The notes under the pieces: generated by a model
Databases searched by the model: none
Seen by the model: the letters and a program-made list of their open reading frames with translations, nothing else
Told to the model about the DNA's origin: nothing
Source of the DNA: Xylographa opegraphella
Lineage: Eukaryota
Reading direction: 5' to 3'
Assembly: GCA_022813865.1 (NCBI GenBank)
Contig: JALDZX010000004.1
Location: 372,001-436,000, forward strand
DNA length: 64,000 nt
Program-made: the position numbers and the translations under genes
Part shown: in pieces, positions 12,291-25,713 of the stretch
Layout of the letters: the number at the start of each line of letters is the position of its first letter
Position numbering within the stretch: the stretch's first letter is position 1

Positions 12291-13041
12291 CACGATGCTG
12301 TCATTGAGTCGTGCGTCAATGATTTGACTCCCTTGTGTCGTGAGCCACACGTCCGTCAAACCACATCGTCGTGAATCCAATGCACGATGGTCAACTTATC
12401 CTGCGATGCATTGGTTGTGAGTACTGTTTCGACCTTGGCATCGATATTTTGGGTTAAGTACAGAATTGAAACGCTGAAAGTCCATGATTTCCTACCGAAT
12501 ATGATCCTTTCTAATGGCGTATGGTGATCCAGCGAGGTCCGTACAGCATTTGCATAGCATCGACAATAGTCAGTCGTTATCATGATACTCTTGTCCAGCA
12601 CATACTTGCGAACCGCGTATACCCCTCCATGTGGAAATTCCGCAAACTCTCAATTGATAAGAGAGAAGACGTGGTCAGCATCCATGATTCCAACGAGTCC
12701 AGCTATGGGAGGTTTAATTGAGGAGTTCTCTCAGGGTTAAGGGGAGCATTTGTACCTATTATAAGATGACTTGACTGTACGCTAGCAGCTGCTAGAAATG
12801 AAAACTTCATTCCGAGAGTTGAAAGCAAGCCGGTATGAGGTTTGTACATGTGGAGTGATGTAGTATTATTATGGACCTCCTCTACCATGCCACCAAGGAA
12901 ATATCGATATTGTACGAAGACCACACCCTATTAGCAATCGAGCGGGAATAAACAAGAAAGTCGCGGAACGCTCCTATCAAAGTAATCTCGTGTCGCTCGT
13001 GCCCTCGAAGCATCGAGCTTTAATACCCTCCCGAGCACTTA

Positions 13042-14524
13042 TCACACCGCCGCAGCCTCCTCTGTGCCCCACCCGTAAGTCGCCGCCAGCCTTCCGTTCA
13101 AATGCTCTATCGCCGTCACGACCCGCCCCTGCTCCCTCTCCTTCACCCTCTCCTGCACCCTCTCGCTCGGCACGCTCACCAGCTCCGTATCCATGCACGG
13201 ATGGAAGAAGTACGCAATGCTATACCGATCCTCCATCGCACTCCCACCCTGTGCCCCTTCCGCGTCCGCGCTCGCGCTCGGCCCCATCACCCGGTGCACC
13301 GTGCTTTTCAGCAGGCCGCCTGTCCAGTAGCTGAGCAGGTCGCCGACGTTGACGAGGATGGGGGGAAAGGCGTCCTTTTCTGTGCCGGGGGGGAGGACGG
13401 GGACGGGGACCCATTTGCCCGATGGGTCGAGGATCTCCAGGCCGGGTTGGCCTGGGAGTCGGAAGAGGAGGGTTAGGGAGCCGTAGTCGGAGTGGGCGCC
13501 GGCGCGGATGGGCGATGGGGTGGGGGTGAGTGAGGAGGGGTACTGTGGGAGATGTTAGGATGGTGGAGAGAGAGGGGTGCGGAGAGGAGATGTCAGGAAG
13601 GTGTAGGTTGAGCGCTAGGGAGAGGAGAGAAGGTTGAAGGCTAGCGGTAGGGATGAACGAGAAGAAGTGATTTACATAGAGGATACGTAGAATCGTGCCA
13701 GAGGGGCCTTTTGATTTCTCGTGCCGAGAGGCGAACCACTCGGCGCCGCCTTCAGCTGGATCGATCTGGTGGAGGTGTGAGTAACGGAAGAGCAGCCCAG
13801 AGCAGGCTTTTCATGACGAGTGCATAGCGAACCTTCAAGCCTATCGCGAAGAGCTCCAGCAGCTTCATGGCTAGTGCTCGACAGAGATTTGAGAAGCGGC
13901 TTAGCTGGGCTTCGTGGGCCTGTAGCGTTGGTGGAAGAGGTTGCTGGGCTTTGCCATCTGCAAACTCGCCGAAATTGAAGCCCCTGACTGGTTTAGCGAA
14001 GTTGATATGCGAGGAAGACGGCAGACTCTTTTGGGTCTCCTCGCTAGTGTAAGATCAGTATGATCCTAGACGTTGAATAGGGATCGCAGGTGTCATCTAA
14101 CATCATCAGTCTCCGGATCAAGAACTTCCTCATGCATGGCAGTCCAACCCCTATTCTTCACATCATTCAGTAGTCCAGCTAACGAGGTCCACCTCTAAAC
14201 GCAAAGGAGATGACTACATTTTTCTCCATCCTGCATTTCTGTTTCTCTTCTCTTGGAGATTGAAAGAACTTTCGGGACTGAAATGGATCAATATTGCAGA
14301 TAGATCTTCAATTTCGGACTAAAGCCGTGGCTCACAATGTCAAACATTTGATTGACAGTCTGGGCATCGAGGCTGAGACCCGAGCTCTTGATGAAAACAA
14401 AGCCATACTGTTCTACTGCGTTCAGAAGCTCAAGTCCCACCTGCTCGTTTGAGCTTGAGATGTCGATAACGGGAATATGCATAGTGTCGTGGACATTGGT
14501 CAGGGACATTGGAACATGTGACAT
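13042..14524 (-). CDS. 2-oxoglutarate/Fe(II)-dependent dioxygenase (IPNS/DIOX_N family), multi-exon; start codon uncertain (14524, 14509 or 14482)
   Basis: IPVIDIS...GFVFI N-terminus; last exon (13042-13542) has RAGAHSDYGSLTLLF (HxD), LVNVGDLLSYWTGGLLKSTVHRV (distal His) and DRYSIAYFFHP (RxS). Intron 13543-13675. Confidence 0.9.
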
Positions 14525-14876
14525 TTATCAAACGATTTATCGATATTTCTCAATCACTGGACAAATATGGCAGCGACAAATCGTAAATGATGATAGTCGT
14601 TCTGTAGTATTGCTTGCCTGGAATCTAGGGCAACGGCGCTATCAGTGATATCGCCACGGAAATGTGTATACTGCCACGCTAACGGGACGGATCCTTAGCG
14701 TGTCTGGGCCCTTACAACTCTAAAGAGCTTCAATGTTGAATTCGTGGGGAAGGTCAAATATTTAGAACCCACGCTCGTGGTCCTCTGGTCGTTCGCGTCG
14801 CACCAGTACCACATCTGTCTGAAGTTGTTCTGTTGTGACTGTATATCTATCATATCGCAAACAAAGACTTACCATC

Positions 14877-17538
14877 ATGGGAAGTGAGTTTTTGATCCTG
14901 CACGGTCAGTGAGCGAGACATTGACTAAGAACTTGTCGCAGTCCGAGCATTCGACCCGTGGGCCTCCCGTGTTATTCATGCTATGCCATTGAGCGCTCTA
15001 AAGAACAGCGTCATTGGGATCGATGCGGCTTATTATCTGGAAAGAATCTTGACAATCTCACGGGAACCACTACTTTCTGCGCTTGGCGGCTGGCCCTTAG
15101 CATATGGACTCGTAGTGAGGAAAGATTTGGACGATCTACAAAGTGCGGGCTTCAAGGTGCATTTCGTTTTCAACGGCTTGGACTATGGTACTGAGGATGA
15201 CCCCTTCAAATCTACCAACGCCGCTTCGAACCTCATCGCGAAGGCATTCCAACTTTATGAGGCTGAGAACACCACAGATGCTGTCAAAGAATTCAAAGCA
15301 GCAGGTATACTTGCAGATCTTTCGATTCAAAAGCTAGCACTGACACTTATAAAGGTGTGCCCACATCGGCAGCGCTTTCCGAGTTCTTGAAAAAGGTGCT
15401 CTACGATTTGAAGGTCGAATTCACCGTTGCGCCATATAGTGCCTTCGCACAGGTCAGTTCCCGTCATACCGGAATAGAACACATCTGACGGTTGTCAAGC
15501 TTGCATATTACGAAAAAGATCCCAGTCAGTTCGTTGATGCCATCTACGGTCCATCCGAACTCTTTCTGTTTGGGGTCGATAAATTGATCACCAAGTTCAC
15601 TCTTTCCTATGACGTGCTGGAAGTAAGCGAGAGTGGTACTTCGACGAAAGCCTCTAGCTTCTCACTCGATAATTCTACCTTTTCCTGGATCGATCGTCGC
15701 GAGTGCTTGGAGCAACTCGGTCATATCTCACCAGAAGTTTTCATTGACGCCTGCATGCTAACAGGATCGAATTTGATGGATACCTTCCCTCCTTTCCGCA
15801 ATTCTCAACTGTTCAGCTCAGGGTATTCCATCCGTGATGCTGTCAAACTTCTGGTGACACATGGGCCGAGTGTGTCGGGTGTTTGTGCGCAGTATCAGGA
15901 CGACAAGAAAATCAAACAGCTTGACTACCTGGATAGGTATAAACGTGTAATGACAGCAATCAAGCATCATGTCGTAATAACCAAAAATGGCAATGTTGAG
16001 ACGCTGGATTCTGCTCATGCGCCCTTCGACGTTCATGATTGCATTGGACAGCGCCTTCCGGAAGAGCTTATGTACTACTTGTTCCGAGGCATGATCAGGC
16101 CACGAGTACTGAATTGGTTGACTTCAGGCAAGATCAACGTGACCGCACCCTACGCTGGTGGCGAGACTCAGGCATACCAGAAGCTCGTAAAGGAACAGCT
16201 TCTCCCCTGGAGGGGCCAAGCTCTGTGCCTCCTAGCTGATTCGATCAACCGGTACTATGGGAAAAAAGAAGTAACGACCAGATTTTGGTTCGATGCCAAC
16301 ACAGAACAGAAATTGAACCTTAAAGACCTACTTCCCTCGCAGAAGAATGCATTGCGAACATGGCGTGTTAGCGATCAATTAATAAGCGAACGGAAGGATG
16401 AGCTTGAGGTGAAAAACACCTTCGACTGTTCCTTTAAGCTTGGCCATATCTGACATTTCTGCAAGCAATCCGAGGGCCCTGGCTCTAGCTATCTGTTTGG
16501 TGCCATTCGAAGCATCGCTAGCCAGTCATTTATAACCAAAACTCTTGGTGCCAAGGAATCACAGGTAAGATTGCCGGATTTTCATATCATATCATAAGGT
16601 ATGCTGACGCTACTCAGCCATTGCGGACCACACGCGAAGTTGTCACCAACGTTGTCTGGCGCTTTCTTCAGCTACGGCAATACGTCGACGAAAATCACAA
16701 TTTGACTGCTTGGGGAAAATTTCTAGTACAGACCATGGAGAACCTCGGTTCGGGTTCAAGCCGGGAGCAGACTGAGGCTGCATTTATTACAACCGAATTG
16801 CTACGCCTCGGTATTCTCAATCCATCCACCGTCTCTGCAAGTTATTCCGGTGCTTCTACGTATACCACAGGTTTGTTTCAGTGCTCAACCACAATAGTTT
16901 TATCTCGTTCTCTAATCTACTATAGATGCCGACAGGCGCAATAGTATGTTTATATCATGGGTTGCAAGTTTAGGCAAGATCCGGCATCATGCGATTGGCT
17001 ATAGTGGTCCTCTGAATCGCCAATTGCTTGCATTCCAATCTATTGTATCGGAAGTGCGGGCCAGCTTGCGCGATCTAATCGAGATGAGTCTCGTCTCGCT
17101 CTTCCTGGAAGGCGATGCAGATCGAGACCGGAAAGACTGGATGGATATTTCGTTGAGGTTCTCATTACTTGACCCCTTTCCACGAACGTGTCTGACAAAA
17201 ACAGTCTTCCCTTTTACGAAGATACATCATGCGCGGTGGGTATTCTTTTCAAATCATACTTGGACGAGTTGGCCAAGATGGACGAACCCACTTCAGAGTC
17301 TACCCGTGTAGAGGTGAAGGACAAAGCCCAAAGCTGGCTCAAACATGGGGACTTCCGGGGGAGTTTCGATGACTCTCTCCGTTTATGGGATGCTGTGAGT
17401 CTACGAATAGTAATCCTAGTGCAAATACTTGCTAACAGCGTGTTCAAGGTCTATGATAGCGTTAGATCGTTCGATGAATTGTCCGGAGCAAAGCCTTTGT
17501 GGGACGAGGTAGACCAGTGGTTGGCGCTTCGGAGATGA
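14877..17538 (+). CDS. MKT1: Mkt1-like XPG/FEN1 (PIN)-fold RNA-regulatory protein, multi-exon
   Basis: Spliced start MGIRAFDPW (intron 14884-14941); IGIDAAYYL...EPLLSALGG...FVFNGLD; FTVAPYSAFAQLAYY; IGQRLPEELMYYL; GYSGPLNRQLLAF. These match Mkt1 N- and C-terminal features. Confidence 0.85.
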
Positions 17539-18179
17539 TACTGCTGCATGTTCCAGTCAAAGCATCAAACCTGATCCCGCATATCCAACAATATTCAAAA
17601 GATACACGGCTTGCGGTTTGGCTTGACGCCATTTTGCCATCCTGCCACGAGTGGCAACTACCAATAACATTTAACCAGAGCCGATTGTATATGACTCACG
17701 TCACGGACAAGATTCATAGCCGGACACATATCTAAGCGCATGAAAGTTACGCTGGCCGTGAAGGGAAGTTCGGACAATACCTGCCATGTAGTATCTGGCT
17801 CGAATAGGTTGGCTATGGTAGTAGTGCAATAGTCAGGATACAGAAGAAGAAACAGAGCTCTTAGATAGATCAAGATAGATACTATTGTCGGCATAACAGT
17901 TTCTGGATATAATACTATTTGTCTCGTGACTTGCACTCTCACATAAGATCAATTTTGTACGGCATACTCGGCTAGAAGGTCACGTGCGATGCCAAACCCT
18001 CGGAGTTTGATAACTATTCTCCGAACAGTTTTGCCCCTGGAGCAACTGTGTCTTCTTTTTGCATTTCTCAGCAGGGGGTTTCCGCAGTCCTATATTACTT
18101 TGGTCTAGAGCCTTCATTCTGTTAGATCGTTTTCTGTTGATCTTGCAGACTAAAGGATACCGCAAATTTCACAGCCACA

Positions 18180-19344
18180 ATGGTCAGACTCAGCGCTTTC
18201 TTACTCTCCTCCCTCGCCATCATCGGTGCTGGCGCCGCCTCCTCCGTCCTCGACCTCATCCCGGATAACTTCGACAAGGTTGTCCTTCAATCCAATAAGC
18301 CCGCGCTCGTGGAGTTCTTCGCGCCATGGTGCGGGCACTGCAAGAACTTGGCCCCGGTGTATGAAGAGCTGGCGGCGAATTTCGCAAGCGCGGGCGACAA
18401 GGTCTCAATCGCGAAGGTTGACGCCGACGAGCATAAAAGCCTCGGAAAGCGGTTCGGTATCCAAGGCTTCCCTACCCTGAAATGGTTTGATGGCAAGAGC
18501 GACAAGCCGGAGGATTACAATGGTGGAAGAGATCTGGAGAGCCTGACGAAATGGATCAGTGAGAAGACGGGGCTGAAGGCGAAAACCAAGAAGGCTGCAC
18601 CGAGTGCAGTGGAGATGCTGAATGATAAGACTTTCAAGGAACGAGTCGGTGGGGATAAGGATGTTCTGGTGGCTTTCACAGCTCCTTGGTGCGGACGTAA
18701 GTTCTTGTTCACAGCCCTTATCTGCTGTCCTGAAGAAAACTGACATGTCTTCAGACTGTAAAACTCTTGCCCCAATCTGGGAGACACTGGCTACAGACTT
18801 CGCCGCCGAACCTTCAGTCTTGATCGCCAAGGTCGATGCGGAAGCTGAGAACGCCAAGTCTACTGCTGAAGCCCAAGGCGTCAAATCATACCCGACAATC
18901 AAATACTTCCCCAAGGGTTCGACAGAGCCTGTGGCCTATGAGGGGGCTCGATCTGAGAGTGACTTTGTCACCTACCTCAACGAGCACGCTGGGACGAACC
19001 GAGCTGTGGGTGGAGGGTTGAATGCCAAGGCCGGCACTATCGAGGCTTTGGATACCATCATTGGGAAGGTTACCGCAGGAGGGAGCTTGGCTTCAATCGC
19101 GGAAGACGTCACGAAGGCTGCGGCAGGTCTTAAGGATAACTCAGCGTACAAATACGCCGAGTACTACGTCAAGGTCCTCGGAAAGATGACGACAAATAAG
19201 CAGTACCCAGAGAAGGAATTAACGAGGTTACAGAGCCTGCTCAAGAAGGGCGGTCTTGCACCTGAGAAACTCGATGATCTTGTTTCGAGGTCGAACATCC
19301 TACGCAAGTTTTATAGTGAGGATACTGCCAAGTCAGAGCTCTAG
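18180..19344 (+). CDS. tigA: Protein disulfide isomerase TigA/ERp38 (two thioredoxin domains + ERp29 C-terminal domain); intron 18697-18754
   Basis: Signal peptide; two APWCGHCK motifs (the second split by the intron); C-terminal YAEYYVKV...KELTRL...SRSNIL helical domain; ends KSEL (ER-retention variant). Confidence 0.93.
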
Positions 19345-19882
19345 GTTGAGGTTCGAGTATGAAATCAATTACTTTTCGTCATTGAAACCGTGTCACAACT
19401 TCACGTGAATGGAAAAGATTGCAGGAGGGCATGAAATCATCTATTATCGAAATCTCCGTAACAATCAATGGGTATCTGCTGTCGTAGTCCTTTTCCAATC
19501 AAAACACTGGAAGGCAGCTCTGCTCCATACAATGCACCGCAAAAGTCATTCCCACCATGTCTACACCCATGCTATGCATCGAAAATTCAAATCCAGTAAG
19601 TAACAAAATGCTTTTCTGTCATCACTGTATCCATCTTGATGAATTTCCACCAAGACCAGCAGAATATCGCGTCTAGGAGACAAGTGCATGAAGGACTGTC
19701 ATGTAAAAATATGCAGCAATCGAGTCTTGCATGAAGCCTGAAGTTGCGTGGTGAGTGAAGATGGCGGTCAGTTACGGATAGAGGGATATATTTGATTCGG
19801 TGAAACGGTCGGTCTGGTTGATATTGGGAATGCGTATGACGGAGTCAGATTCCAAAAGCGAAGTGAGACAAGGAGACAATTT

Positions 19883-20235
19883 CTAGGAACTCTGACGAGG
19901 CTCTTCTTGGGTCTGTGACAAGATCGAAGTCTCCAAATTGTCAAGGCGTCGTGACATCTCATCCACTGTGAAACATCGGCTCAGATCATGCAACAGAAGG
20001 GAGGTAGTTACAGCTTACACTTCGTATTGATTTCCTCGCTAACGTGATCGACCTTCGCGGTGAGGTTCTCCAGCATCTCGTCCAGTAGAGTCGACATCTC
20101 AGTAGCGGGGTGCTCGTCCTGGTCCTGTATACTGTCAGCGATGATGATGATGTTCTGAAGTCCTCTGCAGTGACAACTCACTGAGCCCGAGGCCAGAAGC
20201 TCGTCGTCTTGTACCTGTTCCTGCTGGGTGGACAT
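19883..20235 (-). CDS. Heat shock factor binding protein 1 (HSBP1) family; 3 exons (20182-20235, 20019-20124, 19883-19965)
   Basis: Spliced product ...EMSTLLDEMLENLTAKVDHVSEEINTKLDEMSRRLDNLETSI..., the HSBP1 coiled-coil signature; canonical GT-AG introns. Confidence 0.85.
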
Positions 20236-20575
20236 ACCCACGTACGAGCCCTCGGGGGCCTGCGGCTTCGGAGGTACTATCGGCTTTGGGAGATGCGATC
20301 TGTGGCCAAGGTTAGAAGTGATGTTGTGAAGCCTCATATATATGTGTGAATCACAGGTGGGTTCAGGCTCAGTAGTCTCCGTTGGTATAGCCCATGAACC
20401 ATTCCACTATCCATGCGGACGCCGATTAGGGATCTGTAGCTGCAAGGATCTGATAAGCCACAATCTCTTCGAGATAGCCGAAGCTAAAAGCGGGCGCTAG
20501 TGTCGGGCGCTAGGACATCGAGTTTAGCCGACGGAAAGTTCAATAATTCTTACTCTCATCAGTCCCATCGATATA

Positions 20576-21942
20576 ATGGCACGAAAAAGTAAGCTCCTTG
20601 CTGCACTTGATGCTCACCAGGGAAAAGACTACAAGCTCGAGAAACAGAAAAGTTTACAAAAGGATGCGGCAAAGCGGAAAAGAATAAAGGCCGCTGCTCA
20701 AAATGGAGCCGACAATGCAGGATCTGGGCCTGAGGCTGTCGAGAATGATGTGCAACAACAGCTTGGTGTCGAGAGTGAAGGATGGGAAAGCGATGATGAT
20801 GAGGAACCACCAATGGATGTACGTATGGCATTCGTATCGCGTTTCACTGGCACCTTCTTTCTAACCAAAGAGCTTGGCTAATTGCTTGCCTGCTTGCTGC
20901 CGCAGCTTGAAGAAAATGTCAACGATAACATTGATGGAGACTTCAGTGGTGTCAATGGTATGAGATTGTCGATCAATGATTATCATTCTGCATGTTGATG
21001 TTGAGTTTCAGAAGTCGCGGAGGACGCAAGCAAGCATCCACCGTCAGACTTAGAAAGCGGCGGATCAGACGGTGGCATCCCTCTCTCAGATATCGAATCT
21101 CTTTCCTCAGAAGAAAAGGGAGATCTGGTCCCACACCAACGCCTCACAATCAACAATACGTCCGCCCTCCTCAAAGCCCACAAGTCGATCGCGCTTCCAA
21201 TATCGACCCTGCCCTTTTCCGCACACCAATCGATATCATCGGCCGCCCAAATTTCGATACCTGATATCAACGACGACCTGAACCGTGAAATCGCCTTCTA
21301 CAAGCAATGCCTTGATTCCGCAACTGAAGCGCGGAGTCTACTCAAGAAAGAAGGCGTGCCGTTCACGAGACCAACGGACTACTTTGCAGAGATGGTGAAG
21401 AGCGATGAACACATGGGGAAGATCAAGGACAAAATGACGGAAGAAGCTGCGAGCAAGAAGGCATCGGCAGAGGCCAGGCGGCAGCGGGACTTGAAGAAGT
21501 TCGGCAAGCAGGTACAAGTAGCGAAGCTACAGGAAAGAGATAAAGCGAAGAGGGAGACATTGGACAAGATCAATATCTTGAAGCGGAGTACGCATCCCAA
21601 CCCCGGACCTCTCAGGAGATCCAGTGCTAATCCTATATATCTGCAGAGCGAAGAGACGCAGATACGGGCAAAGCCAACGAAGAGGACCTCTTCGACGTCG
21701 TTCTCGAAGATGCAAGCACAGCCGACAAGGCAGCGCGGTCTTCCCGGAGGGACGGGAAAGGCACAACGCGAGACAAGCGGCAGAAGAAGGATGCGAAATT
21801 TGGGTTCGGTGGCAAGAAAAGGTTTGCGAAGAGTGGAGATGCGGTGTCGACAGGAGATCTGCGGGGGTTCTCCTCAAAAAAGATGAAGGGAGAGAAAAAG
21901 GGCCCGCAGCGGTTGGGAAAGAGTAGACGAGCGAAGCTATGA
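20576..21942 (+). CDS. EBP2: rRNA-processing protein Ebp2, multi-exon
   Basis: VPHQRLTINNT; IPDINDDLNREIAFYKQ; PFTRPTDYFAEMVKSDEHMGKIK; RRQRDLKKFGKQVQ; KDAKFGFGGKKRFAKSGD; ends QRLGKSRRAKL*. Confidence 0.93.
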
Positions 21943-22312
21943 TACCAATGCAAGGATTCTGAATACCAATGCCGATTGATAGTGCTTAGTGCTTGAACAT
22001 TGAACGCAGGCCGCAGGTGATTGAATTAACAGTTTCCGCTCGATGGACTTAGATGCCCCCCTAAGCAGATGTCACTGCAGGTCATACATCCCAAACGCGA
22101 GCTGATTGCTGGCTAAGTACTTATACCTGCGGAGGATTACTGATCATTGAGGCTACATCCTAATGTACTATACCAAGTGTTATACCAAACGTTCTGCAGA
22201 TAGCGCTGATATCATATACAATCCAAAGCGTTCACAGGTAATACATCCAATCCATACACGCTCCACTCCTCCTTCAACTTATGCACACCAACCCGCCACA
22301 GCATGCGCGGCG

Positions 22313-23935
22313 TCAGTATCTCCGGATAATCCTAGATGGTAAGCCAATCTGACTCGGGGCCACCTGCGCTTGCAGAGAAGCGATGCCCTTGACTCGCTCG
22401 AGTAGATGGCTGTCTACATTAGCACTCTGATATTGGAAAGTTTTATTTTGGAGTACTCACTCCACCGACACCCACGGCCTGCTTTCCTGGTTGATCAGGT
22501 CCTCCGCGCTGCCGGCGTGCGTGGTTACGAAATGATCTTTGATCATATTTACAGACGAGGGATCCCTCGCGGCCCAGACTTGATGTACGCAGCCATCATA
22601 AGGGCACGTCCACGTGTCTCCGGGGCCTCGAGGCTCATAGTAGGATGGGAACGGATCGCCAGTGGTGGTCGCCCATTCCGACTTCTTCGGGCTTTTCTCG
22701 GTTAATTGGGGCTTTTTGGTGGTTCCGTTTGGAGTGCCATTCGTCACACCATTCTTCATGCTCATTGTAGGCGAAACCGGAGCCTCCACGTCTTCTCCGA
22801 TGTCACCTGAATCTTCGGCGTCGTTGCCTTGATAGAGCCATTCCTCCTTGATGGATAGGCTGTTTCGGTGTCTGCCCATGAACTTTTTCGACGCTTTGCT
22901 GCTCTTCGGTCTCAAGACTGACTTTCGATGGTGGCCAGAGACCGAATCCAATTCATCGTCCTCCTCTTCTGTCGGATCATTTACCATACTTTCTCTTCTG
23001 GGTCTTTGTGGGGCGGGAGATTTCGCCACTGTCTGATATACTTTTTCATATCTGGGACCATCATCAGGTTGTGCCTCAGTCGTCCCCTTTGGTGCCTCCA
23101 TAACTATGTCATACAGGAGCGCGTAGTCTTCCTGAAATCATATGAGCAATGTCTGAAAGAGCCGATCAAGTGCAAGCATACCGGGAATTTACTTTTGAAG
23201 TGCCTTAGTGCCGGGGACTCCTTCCATTCCAGACCCTCTTGGCCTTCCAACATCGACTTGATCAAAAACTCTCTATGATGGTAGAACCTGTCGTAGATAT
23301 CATCCCCATATTCCTTCTGGCAATACGTAGATCGGCGGTACTGTGCTCTGTTAGCTGGACCGACATATGACTTCACAAACACCAACATCTCTAAACTGAA
23401 TCTTGACATGAGTTTCGAGCTTCTTTGCAGATTGCTTTGGCATCGTCGTTCGACAGTTCCGGTATTTATCTGCCAGATGGTAGAACATGCCTGTGGCTTC
23501 CTTCATGTCCTGGAAAATCTTGCGGTAACCCTTGGCCATGCTCTTGATTTCAAACCAGCCTGCCTTCCCGGCTGCCCAGAAGCCGAAGCTTCCATCCTCG
23601 AATACGGAGAACGAGTATGTCGCAACATTGTCAATGGTGATTGGCCGGTTGCGATAGGCGGACGTAAGGACTGCAATTGGAGGTCAGACGCTCTCCTAAT
23701 CGCAATCGTTCAAGAGCGAACACGTACCCAGACCCTCATTCTCCTCATCAACGTCCTCCAACAGCCCTTCGACAACCACCAGGGACCGCGCGTGCGCACT
23801 CAGCAGGCTCACCGGCTCCCGGCTCTGCTGCGACACGATCTTGACATTGTTCAGCGCAAACTCAGGCCATTGATCGGTGTCGCCACGAATGGACGCATCT
23901 AGCGGCAGCAGGACTTCGCCTTCGTGTAGGACCAT
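22313..23935 (-). CDS. RFTS (DNMT1-RFD-like) domain + C-terminal C2H2 zinc finger protein; candidate Raf2/DIM-7-like heterochromatin factor; multi-exon
   Basis: N-terminal WPEFALNNVKI...VSLL...VEGLL, then YSFSVFEDGSFGFWAAGKAGWFEI...YRKIFQDMKEA (RFTS-like pattern); C-terminal WTCPYDGC...DHFVTTH; last exon HLLERVKG...IIRRY*. Confidence 0.65.
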
Positions 23936-24317
23936 GTTGTCGCAATCATCCTCTGTAGATACATCAATGGGTCGTTAGCAGACAAGCGTGGCTGCCGCCC
24001 ATGTCTTCTGCTACCGCGTTCCTGCACAGATGCGGGGAAGCCATCGGGGGTCTGGGGTTAGACGTAGGGCTGGAATTTTGTGATCCTTGCTGGTTACCGG
24101 CGTCGGTTTTCGAGGTTGAAGTATCGCCCCAAGTCGGTTTCAAGGATATAGTACCGGTGGCCAGATGAGTGTTGAGCGGGAAGTCGTCACATACAGATTG
24201 TTTCCTTCATGCAGCTAGAGCCTACTCGGGCGGTATTCGAATCACGGAATTCGTTGCGAGGTTGATCACAACGCCATTAGGAACTCCTAGATGCAAGCAG
24301 GTCTTTTCCGCTCAATC

Positions 24318-25713
24318 ATGTCGCAAGCCAAAGCCGTAGAGGGCGTGTTCGGTGAGTCCAGGCTCCGCAGCATGTAAGGCCGAGCTCATGACGACCGCGA
24401 TCATACAACTGACGTACCTAGCCATCCACAAGCCGCCCGCCATCACTTCCGCACAAGTCGTCCGCGATCTGCAGAAGGCGTTTAACCCGTCCGAGCTGTT
24501 CGCGCCATGGCTAGCGAACGAGAAAGCAAACCGCGAGCGGGAGAATGGTTACCAGAAGAAGCGCCGTAGGGATAAACGTCTGCAGGTCAAGATCGGGCAC
24601 GGAGGGACATTGGATCCGCTGGCGACTGGGGTGCTGATCATTGGAGTCGGCAAGGGCACCAAACACCTGCAGAACTTCTTGATGTGTACCAAAGCCTACG
24701 AGGCGACGCTGCTGTTTGGAGCCGCGACGGACACCTACGACGTGCAGGGGAAGCTGCTGAGCAAGGCGCCTTACTCGCACATCACTAGAACGAAGGTGGA
24801 GGAAGCTCTCGATGCATTCAGAGGGCAGATCATGCAAAGGCCTCCGATATACTCAGCCTTGCGGATCCAAGGCAAACACCTTTACGAGTATGCGCGCGAA
24901 GGAAAGGAATTGCCCGTGGAAATCCAGGAGAGGCCAGTGACAGTGGAGAAGCTCGAGATAACGGAGTGGCTCGAGCCGGGAAGCCATGAGTACAAATGGC
25001 CCGCGGAAGAGGCATTGCAAGAGGAGAAGGAGGTGGCAGAAAAGGTACTCCACCTTTCACAGGATGGTACGGGTGCTTCTGTAGAACCGTCCATGGACAA
25101 CCAGACCTTGCCCATCGGAACGAAGCGGAAGCGGCCACCCGCTTACGTAGAAGGCGACTTGATATACGATACCGACCGTGCCGGTAAACGTCAAGAAAGG
25201 GACTCGGACGTGGTGATGTCGGGAGGTCTCCTCGAAGCCACGGAAGATGAGCCCCAGACAACGTCTGTAAAGGAAGAGCAAACGGCAGAAACAGCAAACC
25301 AAGGATCCTCAACAGTGAAAATCACCATCACGGAAGAGGACACTCCGCCCACAACCTCAGCAAAACCTACCTCCTCCGAACCTAAACATTCCACGCAGAC
25401 CACTTCTCCGACCACAACCGGCAGTCCACCAGCGGTCAAGCTCCGCATGACAGTTACGTCCGGGTTCTACGTCCGCTCGCTGTGCCACGACCTCGGCAAA
25501 GCGGTCTTCTCGCTAGGCATCATGGCGGAGCTGGTGCGGACCCGGCAGGGCGAGTTCGAGCTAGGGAAGAACGCGCTGGAGTACGAGGAACTGGGGAAAG
25601 GAGAGACGGTCTGGGGGCCGCAAGTGAGGGCGATGCTGGAAGGGTGGCAGGCTAAAGTTGAGCAGGGTGGGAATGTAGTGGTGGGTGGAGGGAAAGGCGA
25701 GGAAGTGGATTAG
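24318..25713 (+). CDS. PUS4: tRNA pseudouridine(55) synthase Pus4 (TruB family); intron 24352-24421; in-frame upstream ATG at 24291
   Basis: EGVFAIHKPPAITSAQV; KIGHGGTLDPLATGVL (catalytic Asp); QRPPIYSALRIQGKHLYEYAREG; VTSGFYVRSLCHDLG; LVRTRQG. Confidence 0.95.
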
